Below are positions 13,625-25,819 of a DNA stretch of 64,000 nt, in pieces (position 1 is the first letter of the stretch; each line of letters starts with the position of its first letter). The DNA is from Lama guanicoe (Eukaryota), in NCBI GenBank assembly GCA_013239625.1, contig MU053934.1, forward strand, positions 9,135,352-9,199,351, written 5' to 3'. Under the pieces are notes generated by a model. It did no database searches, was not told the DNA's origin, and saw nothing but the letters and a program-made list of their open reading frames with translations. A program made the position numbers and the translations under genes.

Positions 13625-13735
13625 GCGCCATTGGTGGGCAGAGCCAAGCCTCCTGCTGTTGATTGGCTCTCAGACGAGCACATGACACAAGCTGGCCAAT
13701 CAGCTCTTCCTGAGGAAAAGCGGCGGGGCGTGAAG
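13625..13735. promoter_or_regulatory. Candidate NF-Y/Sp1 promoter-like element
   Basis: ATTGG at 13630 and 13662, CCAAT at 13696, GC box GGCGGGGCGTG at 13722. Confidence 0.5.
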
Positions 13736-14924
13736 AAGGCAGAGGAGAAGCCGTGAGGTCAGGGAGCTGCGGATGGGAAAGCAGAGGGCAAAAGAGGGTG
13801 CGGAGTCCTGATCCTGCCTAATTGAGAGAGTAAGAGGGGCCGGTCCGAACCTCACCTGGGAGGAGCTAGCTGTGTGGTCGCTGCCATCTGCCAAGCCCCA
13901 GTTTCTGTATCTGCAAAATGGAGCCAGGAATGCCTGCTCAGCTGCCTTGCTCCTAGATGGCAGTGAGCAGTGCTGGCGGTGACGAGCGCAAAAGGGCTTC
14001 GCAACCGCCCAGTGCTGGTTCCTGCGCGAGAGCTGATTTTCATGCATTTCGTTACAGGTAATGACGGTGGTGATGAAAAGGGTCAAGCCATGCAAATGTG
14101 CTCCAGAAGCCAGGCATCTTTTTAATTCTGCGTTCCCTTTTCTTAATCATCCGTGAGAGACTCGGTGTAAACAGTTGTGTACATTACACACGAGCCTAAT
14201 TTTTCATATTTCGTATCATGCTCCAGGTTGGGCACCTGATGGACAGCCAAGTATCCTATTATTTTTGCAAAGTGATTACTGTTAGGGCCCAGTGTCGGCT
14301 GCATTAGGGGACCAGAGCTGGCAGTGCCTCTAGGCCCCCTGACAACAGAGGTCGCTTCTTAATTGCAGCCTTAGAACAAAACAATTGAGAGGAATGGCTA
14401 AAGGGAAAGCTGTTTATAAGAAGGGACAGAGGGTAAACACCCACAGACACCAGGTTGAATCACTTTAGCTGAGCTGGTGGTAGAAGACACTTGGCGGGCA
14501 GGTTCCAGAAGGTCTCCTGCTGTGTCTGCTTTGAATCAGGGAACCTACTCTAATGTTCAGAGCAGCGCAGTGGCTTGTGGCAGGAGCATCTGGGTCACCT
14601 AGCGTCCTGGAGGGACCAGTGTTAAGGGCAGCAGAGCCCACCTGCCAACTAAAACCCAAGGAGATAATCAGCTTTTCTAAGTCCAAGCAAGTTTATCAAG
14701 TATGTTCAGGTGAAAAATCATGTTGCATTTTTTCTTTCCTTATATTCTATTATGAAAAATTTGAAATACACAGGAAGGTTGAAAGAATTTTACAGTGAAT
14801 GCCAGGGTACCCACCACCTAGATTCTACCACTGACATTTTACAAGATCAGTTTGTGTTTTGAAGAAACGATGATTTGATGAGATACTCAATTTAACATGG
14901 AAGAGGCTCTGTGGGTTTTGCAGG

Positions 14925-15115
14925 CTGAAGTTCAGGTCCAGCCGCTTATGAGCTGTGTGGCCTCGGGCACACGGCTTCGTGTCCCAGAGCCTCGTTTTCC
15001 CTGCTGCAAAATGAAAACTACATGTACTTCATAGGGGTGGTTGTAAAGAGCAAACAGGGTGGTTACATAGAACACTCAAGAACTGCCACGTAGTGGGTCC
15101 CCAATAAATAAGCAC
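14925..15115 (+). mobile_element. MIR SINE
   Basis: AGCTGTGTGGCCTCGGGCA..GAGCCTCGTTTTCC..CTGCAAAATG..CATAGGG.TGGTTGT..CAATAAAT. Confidence 0.65.
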
Positions 15116-15539
15116 TGTCATTACAAGTACAGTTAAAGGCAATTTTCTTCATTCAATTAGATGCCACATCTTACTAGAGCCTTGTGAGGACGGACAGTAG
15201 AGGCAGCGAGACTCCGGAAGAGTTTATAAAAGAACAGTCTTAAGTGGTTTGGGTGACGTGGCTTCAGCAGCAGAACCTTTGCTGGTTGGTTGGGGACCTG
15301 GGGCTCCAGATGTGGTCATCTGGTTCCAGGCAGGACTCTGGGCCACTCATAGCCCAGGCGATCAGAGCCAGGGATGACAGGCTGGGCAGGACCCCTATGC
15401 ACCAGCCCCAAGTCTGGTTGGAGTGGGGCAGGGAGGGGACTGAGGAAAGGCGGGGTGGCTGGAAGGACACCCCTCCCCCAACCCCGGCTCTGTTTGTTGA
15501 ACGAGATAGTTTCAAGTTAGAAGACACCATTTATCTATG

Positions 15540-15996
15540 TGTAGGCAATTGACTAGTGTCCCCCCAAAACGCACATTCAAGTCCTAACCCTCCCAGGCCT
15601 GTGAATGTGCCTATTTGGAAATCGAGTCTTTGCAGATGTGATCAAGTTGCGGAGCGGGGTGAGCTCACCCTGGATTTAGGGTGGGCCTTAAATCCAGTGA
15701 CTGGTGTCATCACAATGGAAGGAAAGGGACACTTGACCCCAGACCCAGAGGTGAAGGCTGTGTGAAAATGGAGGCGGACGCTGGAGTGAGGTGTCCCCAT
15801 GCTGGAAATGGCTGGCCACCACCAAAGCTGGGAGAGAGGCCGGGGAAGAAGTCCCCCCAGGAGCCTCCAGAGGGAACCAGCCCTGAGGACACCGTGGTGT
15901 CTGACCACTGGCCTCCAGACTGTGAGACAATAGACATCTGCTGTTTTAAGCCACTAAGTTTGTGGTAATGTGTTAAAGCAGCCTGGGAGACTGACA
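15540..15996 (+). mobile_element. MaLR solo LTR (MLT1B/C-like)
   Basis: TGTGAATGTG..TATTTGGAAAT..GTCTTTGCAGATGT, GGGTGGGCCTTAAATCCA.TGACTGGTGTC, CTGGCCTCCAGACTGTGAGA, TTTTAAGCCACTAAGTTTGTGGTAAT. Confidence 0.85.
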
Positions 15997-17334
15997 ACTG
16001 ACGTGCGTGTGCATGTACATGCGCGTATATGTGTATGTACATATATATGTAAATTCCTGCTCAATATTGTATCTCTTGGTTTATCGATTTCTCGGAGAGC
16101 ATAGCTAGTGAACCCACACGTTACTTCCTCGCGGGTCTCAAGGACGTGGCACACTTGCACGTGGGTGCGCGTGCCTTGCTTGCTCCCCTGGTCTCAGTTG
16201 CTAGGAGAGCAGCTCCGTCTGTGGCACCAGTTTCCCTGGGGGTGCTGCCAGAGGGAAGCACAGAGCACAGGGAATCGCCTCCCTCCGCATGGCTGGTGCC
16301 ATGAGACCAAGCGAGTGGCACAGAACATGAAGTGCTCCTGTCTCCCATTTGGACAGTTCATCTGTGGTTCCCAGTGTCCACTGCAAGTTCAAGGTGTCAC
16401 CATTTCAGGATGACACATTATGGGGCATTAGGAGGCTTTGGCTCGCGATGATGAGTAATCCATCTTTAACAGCGGGTTTATTAATATTTGTGGCAGCTCC
16501 TGCATGAATGAGTGTGATTTAAGTAAGCAATGGCCTTATAATTACGCATGAAATGACACGTGGGAAGGGGTCAGCAACACAAGTCAGAGTGAAGCAATTA
16601 CTTTGAATCATTAAAACCTCCTGGACTTGGTCTCCCTGCAGATAAACGTCCCTCTGGCTTGTTCGCTGTGGGTTTTCTGCGAGCACTCAACAGTCCGGTG
16701 CTTTGATTCTGTGAACCGCCTTCTGGATGGTGTATTTGGTGCCCCATGAAATGAACACAGATCTCTTCCTAGTTGGAGCCAGTCGATGGGACTCCCCAAC
16801 ACCTGCCCCTCCAAGTGCCCTGACCTCCAGGTCCTGCTTCCTCCTGGTAATTTGCTCCTTTAGAGGAAAGCACACTTGACCCCAAGTCTTCCACCTCACT
16901 TGTAAGCCCCTGAACCTTCTGGCCCCACTCCTTCCATCTACTCTCTTTAGTTCATTCATTCATTCATTCATTTATTACTTCATTTCACCTCCTCCCCCTG
17001 GTGAATCTCTTCACCTGGTTCTCCTCCCCTCTCTACCCCGTCCTCCCCTTGGCTGCCAGGTTATCTTCCCAAAACCCAGATTGGATGCAGCTCCTCCTGG
17101 TCTCAGATCCTTCAGGGCCTCCCACCCCAGCCTGGCGGCGTGTCTACAGGACCCTTCACACCTGGGCCACAACCTGCCCTCCCATCACCCTCACTCTGCA
17201 TGGGCGCCACACACACAGAGCTCAGCAGCCTTGGACATTTAGGCCTCTGAGGCTTTGCCCACGGGGGCATCTCCATCTGGAACAATACCCTTTCCACCTT
17301 CTCTGCCTGGTGAACCTCTCCTGACCCCGCATGA

Positions 17335-17895
17335 CCCAGCATAAAATGCCAGCTCCTTTGGGTATGTATCCAAAAGAATTGAAAGCAGCAACTCGAACTG
17401 TTTGTTCGATGTTTGTACATACATGTTCAGAGCAGCATTGCTCATAATAGCCAAAAGATGGAAGTAACCCAAGTACCCATCAACAGACGCCTGGATCAGG
17501 AAGATGTGGTCTATACCCACAGTGGAACATCACTCCTGCATGACAAAGGATGGAGTTTTGATATATGCTCCTACACGGACAGACCTTAGAAACAGACGCT
17601 TCACGGATTAAGACAGGCATGGGGCAAAGATGATACGATTCTACTTATTAGGTCCCGAGAATAGGCAAATTCATGGAGACGAAAAGTAAAATAGAAGCTT
17701 CTAGGGGCTGGGGGAGGGAGTTAGTATTTATGGGCACAGAGTTCTTGGGGGAGGATGAAGAAGTTGTGGGTAAAGACAGTATAGGTAGAACAACACAGTG
17801 AACATGTTCAGTGTCACGAGTTGTACAAACACCAACAGTGAAAATGATAAATATACTGTGTATATTTTACCATAATTTTTTGAAAACTAAAAAAG
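17335..17895 (+). mobile_element. Old LINE-1 (L1MB/L1MC-like) 3' fragment
   Basis: GGGTATGTATCCAAAAGAATTGAAAGCAG, GCAGCATTGCTCATAATAGCCAAAA, GGCAAATTCATGGAGAC, A-rich end. Confidence 0.8.
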
Positions 17896-18162
17896 AAAGG
17901 CCAGCTTCTCTGAGACACCTCCAAATGCCCTGACCTCCAGGCCTCGCTTCCTGGTCTTTTCCTCCCTTCTCTGTTGTACTTCCGGAACCCTTCTGTGGTG
18001 CTTGCTCGCTGAGCTGTACTTTAAAGGCCCCTTCGGTGTCTGTCCCCTGCCAGACATGGAACACCTGGAGAGCGTTTGTCACTCTGGGTCTCTCCCAGCA
18101 CAGTGTCAGGCACAGAATAGGCTCTCAGGAGATGTTTACTGGATGGAAAATATAAAAACCTC

Positions 18163-18546
18163 TGTGTTCTGGACTGAATTTTGTTGTTCCCCCCACCCCC
18201 AATTCTTATGTCTAAGCCCTAACCTCTACTAGGACTGTATTTGGAGATGGGGCCTTTTGTGAAAGTAACTATGGTTAAAGCAGGTCATAAGGGCGGGGCC
18301 CTGATCTGATAGGGTTGGTGTCCTTGCAAGGAGAGCAAGAGACACCAGAGCTCTGAGTCCCCACCGTGTGAGGACACAGCGGGAAGGTAGCTGTTCACAA
18401 GCCAGGAAGAGAGACCTCTACAGGACCTGAATCTCTGCCCCTTGGGCCTGGACGTCCCAGACCCCAGCACTCTGAGAAACACATGCCTGCTGTTTAAGGC
18501 CCATGGTCTTTGGTATTTTGTGATGGTGGTCCAAGCTGACTAATAT
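18163..18546 (+). mobile_element. MaLR solo LTR (MLT1A-like)
   Basis: GACTGTATTTGGAGATGGGGCCTT, GGGCGGGGCCCTGATCTGATAGG, TGTGAGGACACAGCG.GAAGG, CAAGCCAGGAAGAGAG, GCTGACTAATA. Confidence 0.85.
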
Positions 18547-19961
18547 GGCCGTCGGAGGGGAAGGGATGGAAATGCTCACAGACGGGGCCCTCGAGCCATT
18601 TGCTGATTGGTAATAGTGTGGAGCGTGCGTCAGCAGCTGGCAGAGAGGGGAGCTGAGGAGGGGCAGGGGTTCTAGGGGCTTCTTGGCCTCCTGAGAATTC
18701 AGATGTTACAGGGTTTCATGGCATGAAAAGTTCTTTCCAAGATCTAAGTACACCCCTCCTCATCCTCTACTTCTCTCCCAAAATATAACTCCAGCGTCCC
18801 CAGAAAAGAGCCCATTGAAGAGCCAAAGATTTAAACTCAAATCTGCCCCAAACCAGGCCTGAAGCGTTGGTCTCCCCTCCCCAGCTTCCTTGTGCCCTTG
18901 ACCGATGTCCTCTCCAGGTCAAGTCTGTGTTCAGCGGGCAAGGTTGACAAAGACCAGGAGCCATATCAGCTTCCTCCACCTGCCCCGCCCCCTGACCTCT
19001 GACCTGGCCCAAGGACCACCACGTCTCCTTCCAATTCCATGCTGCCATAGTGTGTTAATACTGCCGACTTCGGAGGGAGAGGTGGTAGTAACGCTAGAAA
19101 GGGCTTGTGTGACAGAACTCTCTAGCCACAGTTCAGGCTTTACAAACGAGAAATACATGTGTAAGCTGGGCTCACCCCGAAGTGCTGGGTGTGGCTTTAC
19201 CTGCAGCCTGCTGGCCTTATGGGATTCAGAAATTAGAAAGGAAAGTTTTCCATTCTGCAGAGGGAGATGCTCTTCCCCCACGGCCTCTCTTGACAACTTG
19301 ATGGTTGCTCTTCTCAACCCAGCCTAGATAATTGCATAATTAATTGCATGCAGGTAACTCACCCAGAGAAGGTGGTTATTAGGAGCGAGGAGCCCGACGC
19401 CCACTGCCCTGGAAAGTGGCCAGGCTCCCAGGTGGAGGAGGCGCCCGCTGGTGTGCACGGGGCTGCTGTGCTCACATCTGCTCCCGGGAGCAGCTCGGCC
19501 TGAGAACCTGGTGGCTGTGCCTCTGCCTGTTTGCTCCGAGGCCATTCCTGGAACCAAGGCCCTGCCAGGGTGGTAGAAGTGAAGCTGTCTCCTTGCTTTG
19601 AGGTTGGAAAGAGTCAGGGGTTTCCCTGGGGGCTTTGGTCATTCCCACTTTGGGTTTCCTGAGATGCTTCTGGAAAGCCAGCCTCCACGTCCTCCCTACT
19701 ACACGCCCCCACCATGGTACACATAGCTGTGCATTTGCCTGGGGGTCTGATGCACACGCACCAGGGCTGGCTTCCTGAGCCCCGGTCAAGTCACAGTTCT
19801 GGGAACCACTGCAGCCCCTACCCTGCGGGGGCTCTCAGGCCTCAGGGAGCCTGGCCATTGCTCAGGGAGGGCTGCCACCTGGAGTGGGCACGCCCTGGTG
19901 CCGTCAGACCAAATGCTTTGGGTGCTGGAGACAGAGAAGTGGTCCCCAAATGGACTCAATT

Positions 19962-20130
19962 CTTTTTTAAAAAATATTTTATTTATCTATTATTGTATTA
20001 TTTAATTACTTTATTTTGGTGGGGGGAGGTAATTAGGCTCATTTATTTTTAGAGGAGGTGCTGGGGATTGAACCCAGGACCTCATGGGTGCTATGCATGT
20101 GCTCTACCTCTTGAGCTATACCCTCCCCCC
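19962..20130 (-). mobile_element. tRNA-derived camelid SINE (Vic-1-like)
   Basis: GGGGGAGGTAATTAGG..GGGGATTGAACCCAGGACCTC..GCTCTACC..GAGCTATACCCTCCCC. TSD-like CTCAATTCTT / CTTGATTCTT. Confidence 0.88.
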
Positions 20131-23100
20131 TTGATTCTTTAAATTAACCCCCACCCCCACCATTCTTGGCCTCTCGGGGCCTCATCTGTCAGGCCCCGAT
20201 TTCCAAGGGCCTCTCCCCAGTCTGCAGTTGCAGGGCCTGGGAAGACACGCCATGGTCCTGCAGGGGCAGGGAGGATGGGGGTCAGCCCTGAGTTGTGGTC
20301 AAGGGGCCGGTGGAACAACTGCATCAGCATCAGGCCAGTGGCCGGCAGGCCTCCATCTCCCTTTCTCTGCAGAAAATCTAGGGCCAAAGCACATGGTCTC
20401 TGTTTGTGGTCAGCTTGTGACCATTTGCCTGTGAGCCTGGGATAATCGTAGCATATGGTGCAGAGGCCCAAGCTGTGGAGAAGCCTGGAGCCCCCTTCCC
20501 GCACCCCTCCCTCTGCACACATGCCCCTACGTGGACCTGGGACCCTGGCTTTGGGCAAGACTGTTAAGGAGAGGGACAGACAGGGGTGGGAGGTGGGGGA
20601 GAGGTGGGTTCCCCTTGTGGAACTGAGAAACGGGGGGAGTAGGGGGTAGGGGGCCTGGAACTGGGCCAAGGAAGAGGAGGTCACCTGGAGGGTGGGACCC
20701 AGAAGATACTGAAATGTCACAGAGCAGAGGTGGCCATCTGACGCCCCTGCTTGCAGACCTCTTGGGGATGTGGCCAAGTTCCCACCTCATCAGTGGGAAA
20801 TCTAAGCACTCACTAGAGCCAACTGCGATGTAACATCAGGAGCAACTTTGACCTGACATCGCATTACTGCGTGAGACCCTCCCTCGCAGCCCCGTGCCCT
20901 GGTTCCTACGCTTTTAAGAGTGAATTATTCCAGTTGGTGGGTCGAGTGGCCAGTGATCCAGGCTCATTCCTAAGAGGCGAAAGCCTGTTCTGCATTTCTC
21001 GTCGTCAAGGGCAGAGCGATCCCAGGAGAGACCTTCAGAGCGCCACGAAAGCGCTTTCCTGCAAGCTCTTTCTCTGCGGCTAGAATGCTGCATGCACACT
21101 TCGTTCTTGCTCTAGACAGCGGAGCTGCCTGCCCTGGCGTGAGGAGTGTGGGTCTGCGCAAAGGAACTATGTCCGCACTGTCCCCCCAGGTTAGCAGAGT
21201 CCCCTGGTTAAAATCGCTTCTCCTGAGCCTTTGCTATTAGAACCTAAGAACCGTTCCAGCAACATTGCCCTGGAAATGTGGGCGCATCTGCCCCCCAGGA
21301 CCCAAATCGCAGCAGAGAAAGCGCATGTCATCCCTGGACCACACGCTGCTGACACTGAGGTCCCAGGAGAACCTACCCTGTCCTGTGCCGAGGGTGACGC
21401 ACTGTTGATAATACTGGTGTTTTTGGTGAACAGGAAGTAATCCGCTCCACATAATTAATCCAGCTGGGATTTAGGAGCATTTTCCACATTTCAGACTTCT
21501 TCAGTTCCATGGGAAGAGAAAAAGAGCTGGTGTCTTTTTGTTTTCTTTCTTTTCTGTGCCACAAAAATTTGGCAGAAAATACCAACCTAGGGTAACATGA
21601 GAAAGTTTATTAGGTTGGTCTGTGGCTTTCCTGCCAACCTTTCTGTCTGTTATATGATAAGGAGACGGACACAGCTGGGGGCAGGCCCGGCTTGGTGGTT
21701 GAGCACCCCGGGTCCTCGGTGGTACCAGGGTGTTTAGGGAGAGGCAGGGTGGGTGTGACAGGTAGGCGGAGCCCAGAGGTGGAAGCCATCCAGTGTTCAC
21801 TGTTTCTAACAGAGATTGAGGGAAAAAAAAAGACACTTTCAACTGGACCAGAATGACTTTTTTTACAGAAAGTGTCACCGGCTTGCATACGCCATCTCCA
21901 GACAACACTGGGAGGTCATTGTCATGATGACCATTTTGCAGAGGGCAAACCTGAGCCTCAGAAATCAAAAGACTCACCCAGACTAGCACTCGACCAAGCT
22001 GCTGCTTCCTCCGGGGCCCTCGGACACTCATCCCACCACACGGGAAGGAGAGGCTGCTCTCCACCTAGGCTTGTAAACGCTGGCGTTGCGCAACCAGTCT
22101 TTCCACCTTGCAAACCAGATTCTGTTCAGTTTGATAAATATCGATTGAATATGTACTAGTTGCAAATCCCTGCATCCAAGTAGGTCTGAAATAAAAACAG
22201 CAGCACAAGAATAACCAAGGCAGCAGGCTCGGACACAGGGTCCAGGACAGGCTCCTCCGAGGCACGTGGGCCTAAAATCAGCTCAGCCAGTGAGGCTGCT
22301 CCCAGTACCAGAGGGCACCTAAATCGACTGCTGGAAAGGAAGTCCTTTTTTGACTTCTCCCTGTAGGACCAAACCCAAAGTCTATGGCTTTTCTGCAACT
22401 CATTTCAAGACCCTTCCAAGAGTTTTCTTCAACTGTATCAGTTTTCTCATCTGGAAAATGGGCCTAGTTATTACTCCCTGGCAGGGCTTTTGGCAGAAGG
22501 AAGCACAATGGTGACTGTAATGTACGGTGCCTGGCCAGAAGAGGCGCTCAGAAAAGACCTCTTCTGGTTCTTAGCCTCCTTCCCTGGGGATTTGCTTTTG
22601 TGGGCTCTCAGTAAGCATCACTTCCCTCTCCATTCTTTTTTTTTAATTTTAAGCAAATTTTTATTGTACATCTTCTATATCACAGGTATGGAGCAAGGCC
22701 CAGGGATACAGTGAACAAGAAACAGCCGCCAGCGGGGACTGTGGAGAATTGAGGGGGAAAGGGGTAGGGGAGAGTCAGGTCCAGAAGAAACTGGCTTCTT
22801 TAATTGTCTATTGCAAACTTGCTGGACTAAGTTTTGTTTTCATCACTTTTATTTTGTTAGTTTTTTCTCTATGCAACAAGGTTTAAGACAAACCTCATTT
22901 CACAAATATTTAGAGAAATGAATTCTCAGAGAGCCAATGAATTGGTCATAATTTAACTTTGATAGTAAAAGTATCATAAGTATTTAGAATCCTAAGAACC
23001 AGTATCCCTTTTTACTTTGGGTATTGGGAAGCTCAAATCTAAATTTAATGTCCAATTGAACAATGCCCTACATTTAAGACTTCATTTTACCTTCAACTTT

Positions 23101-23234
23101 GTTTCTGATCTCTATTTCCTTACTCTATCATGTTTTTCACAAGATGTCATCTCATATTCTTTTTCAAAATGAGGCAAAAATTATAAATAATTTTATAAAA
23201 GATGAAGAGAGTATTAAAATAGAAATCACCTGAT

Positions 23235-23715
23235 ACAATAACCAAAAGGTGGAAAGAACCCAAGTGTCCCTCAGTGGATGAATGGCTAAACAAAATGTGG
23301 TCTATACGCACAATGGAATATTATCCAGCCTGATAAAAGGAGAGAAATTCTGACATGTGCTACTGCTTGGATGAACCTTGAGGACATTATGCTGAATGAA
23401 ATAAATCAGTTATAAACATACATGTATTACGTGATTCCACTTTTCTGAGGTACCTGGGGAAATCAAATTCATAGGGACAGAAAGTAGGCTGGTGGGAGCC
23501 CGGGGCTGGGGGAAGTGGGGGTTAGTGTTTAATGGGACAAAGTTTCAACTTTGCAAGATGAACAAGTTCTGGAGGTGGATGGTGGTGACGGTCGTACAAC
23601 AATGTGAATGTACTTAATGCCACTGAGCGGCACTTACAAATGGTTAAAATGGTACATTTTATGTTATGTCTATTTTACCACACATACAAAAACAACAGCT
23701 AAAAAAGAGAAAAGA
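23235..23715 (+). mobile_element. Old LINE-1 (L1MB-like) 3' end
   Basis: CCCAAGTGTCC..GGATGAATGG..AAAATGTGG, TGGATGAACCTTGAGGACATTATGCT, GTGAATGTACTTAATGCCACTGA, A-rich tail. Confidence 0.88.
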
Positions 23716-25819
23716 AATCCCCTGAAAATGAGCACTGTGACACTTGTGTCCTAGAGAAAATGCCCTAAGCCAGTTTCTGCTGTTTTTTGAGTTAGGAGAA
23801 GGATGATGGAGCAGCTTCCACATTTTGACTTATCCATCTTCCTAACCTCCCCAAGGAGGCGTCCGTGGTGCAAATGCCGACCTGCTACCAGTGCAGCTCA
23901 CGCAGTCCCACTGTAATCTGATGAGTGAGCAAACCCCTGTCCCCGGAGCAGGTGGCACTTGTTGAGCCGCAGGACACGGCCTATTGCTGGAACAGCGCCG
24001 CGGCCCCCCCGCCCACCGCCGGCCAGCCCACAGGCCCCTTCGGAAAGGAACGCCGTAAATGTGGTCTTTCAGGGGCAGCCGCGACTGTCATCACCGTTTT
24101 ATTTTATCTCTGGCCTCCGGGGATTCACACTGCTTCCCCGTTATTAGTCATATTATATCATCATCCACAATTTTGCTTGTCAGCCGGTTGGGGGAGGGAG
24201 GTACCATAATAATACAGGGCACTGAGGAAAGAAAAAGACGCAGTCTCTGCGGGAAAGGAGACAGGCGGGGCGGGGGGCGGGACTACACCTCGTGTCTTCC
24301 TGTGGCTGGTGACAGACGGGGGCCCGGAGAAAGGCTTCATCCAGCCAGGCCTCGTGGGCACTTGCTGCATGTGGGGGGCCCTCGAGGCCGGTTTTACTAA
24401 AGGTAGACTGAGGCTGGCCCGCCCTGCTGGTGCCCTTGGAGGCCTGGTGATTTTTGCGCCTGACTTGGTGGGTCTGGTGGGCTGCCTCCCGAGCCAGGGG
24501 TGACTAGGGCCAGGACGGGGACACAGTTTCCACAGCAACTGACTCTAACAATAGCCAAAGTGCAGTGAGGAAGAGTTCAGACTCTGGAGCGGGTGGCCTG
24601 GCTTTGAGTCCTGGCTCTGCCGCTGACAAGCTGTGTGATGCAGGCAAGTTGCTAAACCTCTCTGAGATGGATATGGGGACCCTGATGCTACTGTGAAAGC
24701 TTCTAACACGGTACCTGACGCCTAGTCCCTTCCCTTGTCCTCCTCCCCAACGGCATACAGTGAGAAATCCAGTCCTGGTGGTTTTGTAACAAGACTCCAG
24801 ACACCCCTCTGCATGCTCAGGTGGTCCCCATTCTTCTCTCCATCATGGGGAGGGCAGCCTTTAAGGGACACTGACCAGTGTCCCCTTCTCAGAACTGCTC
24901 TGGCTGGCATCTTGGAGTCAGAAGGGCTCATTCTAAGGGCTTGACTTGGATGTTCCGCCCATCTGGTCTCCGCTGGACAGCGCTCTGCAACCCCAAGAAT
25001 GGGCAGAGGTGATAACGATGCCAATGTACCGAATAAACGGACAAAGCGATCATGGTTCGACCAGACTGCAGGGAGGTCTGTAACGGTCCGTTCGGCTGTG
25101 TGCACAGCGTTGTTACAGAGTTAGCTCGCAGTAAATACCAGTTCCCTTTCTTAGCTTCTGCCTTTCTTCTGGAATACGGATGCTCCACCTTCCATATGTA
25201 AGAACTGGCAAGCACATGGCAAGGCGAGGCCAAGGCCCAGCAGAGCAATTAAGAACAACAAGGCCTCTTTTGATTCAGGCCAATTGTTACTCGTGTAGAC
25301 AGACAACAAAAGGAGCAGTAGCCACAGGTGCCAGCGACGACAAAACAAAAGCGGCAGGTGACTGCAACACGAATGCCCTGTTGCAGAGAAGCCCATTCTG
25401 GACGCGGGAGGTGGCTTGATCACCTGCAGCTATAACCTGAGGGAGCCGAGGCAGAAAGTCTCAGACCTCGTCAGAGCCCAGGAGATGCAGGGAAACTGGG
25501 TATCCAGTTGCTTCACCAACTGTCTCGTGACAGCCTCCTTGGTGGTCACGGAAGAGAATGAGAAGTTGTCCCGGAGTAACTCCTCAGAAGCCTCCTGTGC
25601 TCTCGCGGTCCAGGAGGACCACAAGACCGGGACTCAGACCGGCTGTGTTTCAAGCCTTGCCCACGTGACCTATGTTGTGGTACATGCAGGCGCCAGAACG
25701 TAGCTGGTTCCCTACAAGAATATAAACAATATTGCTAATAAAAGACTTGATTGGGCTCATAAAAAAAGTTTTTTTCAAACACAGTAATTTCTTTAAAAGG
25801 TGATTTCTACACTTGTGTC

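Noticed and set aside
19962..20130. tRNA-Ala-like sequences (also 12304, 32820, 32995, 36274, 42030)
   Set aside because: They carry SINE bodies, A/T-rich tails and TSDs with broken cloverleaf pairing, so they are SINEs and not tRNA genes.
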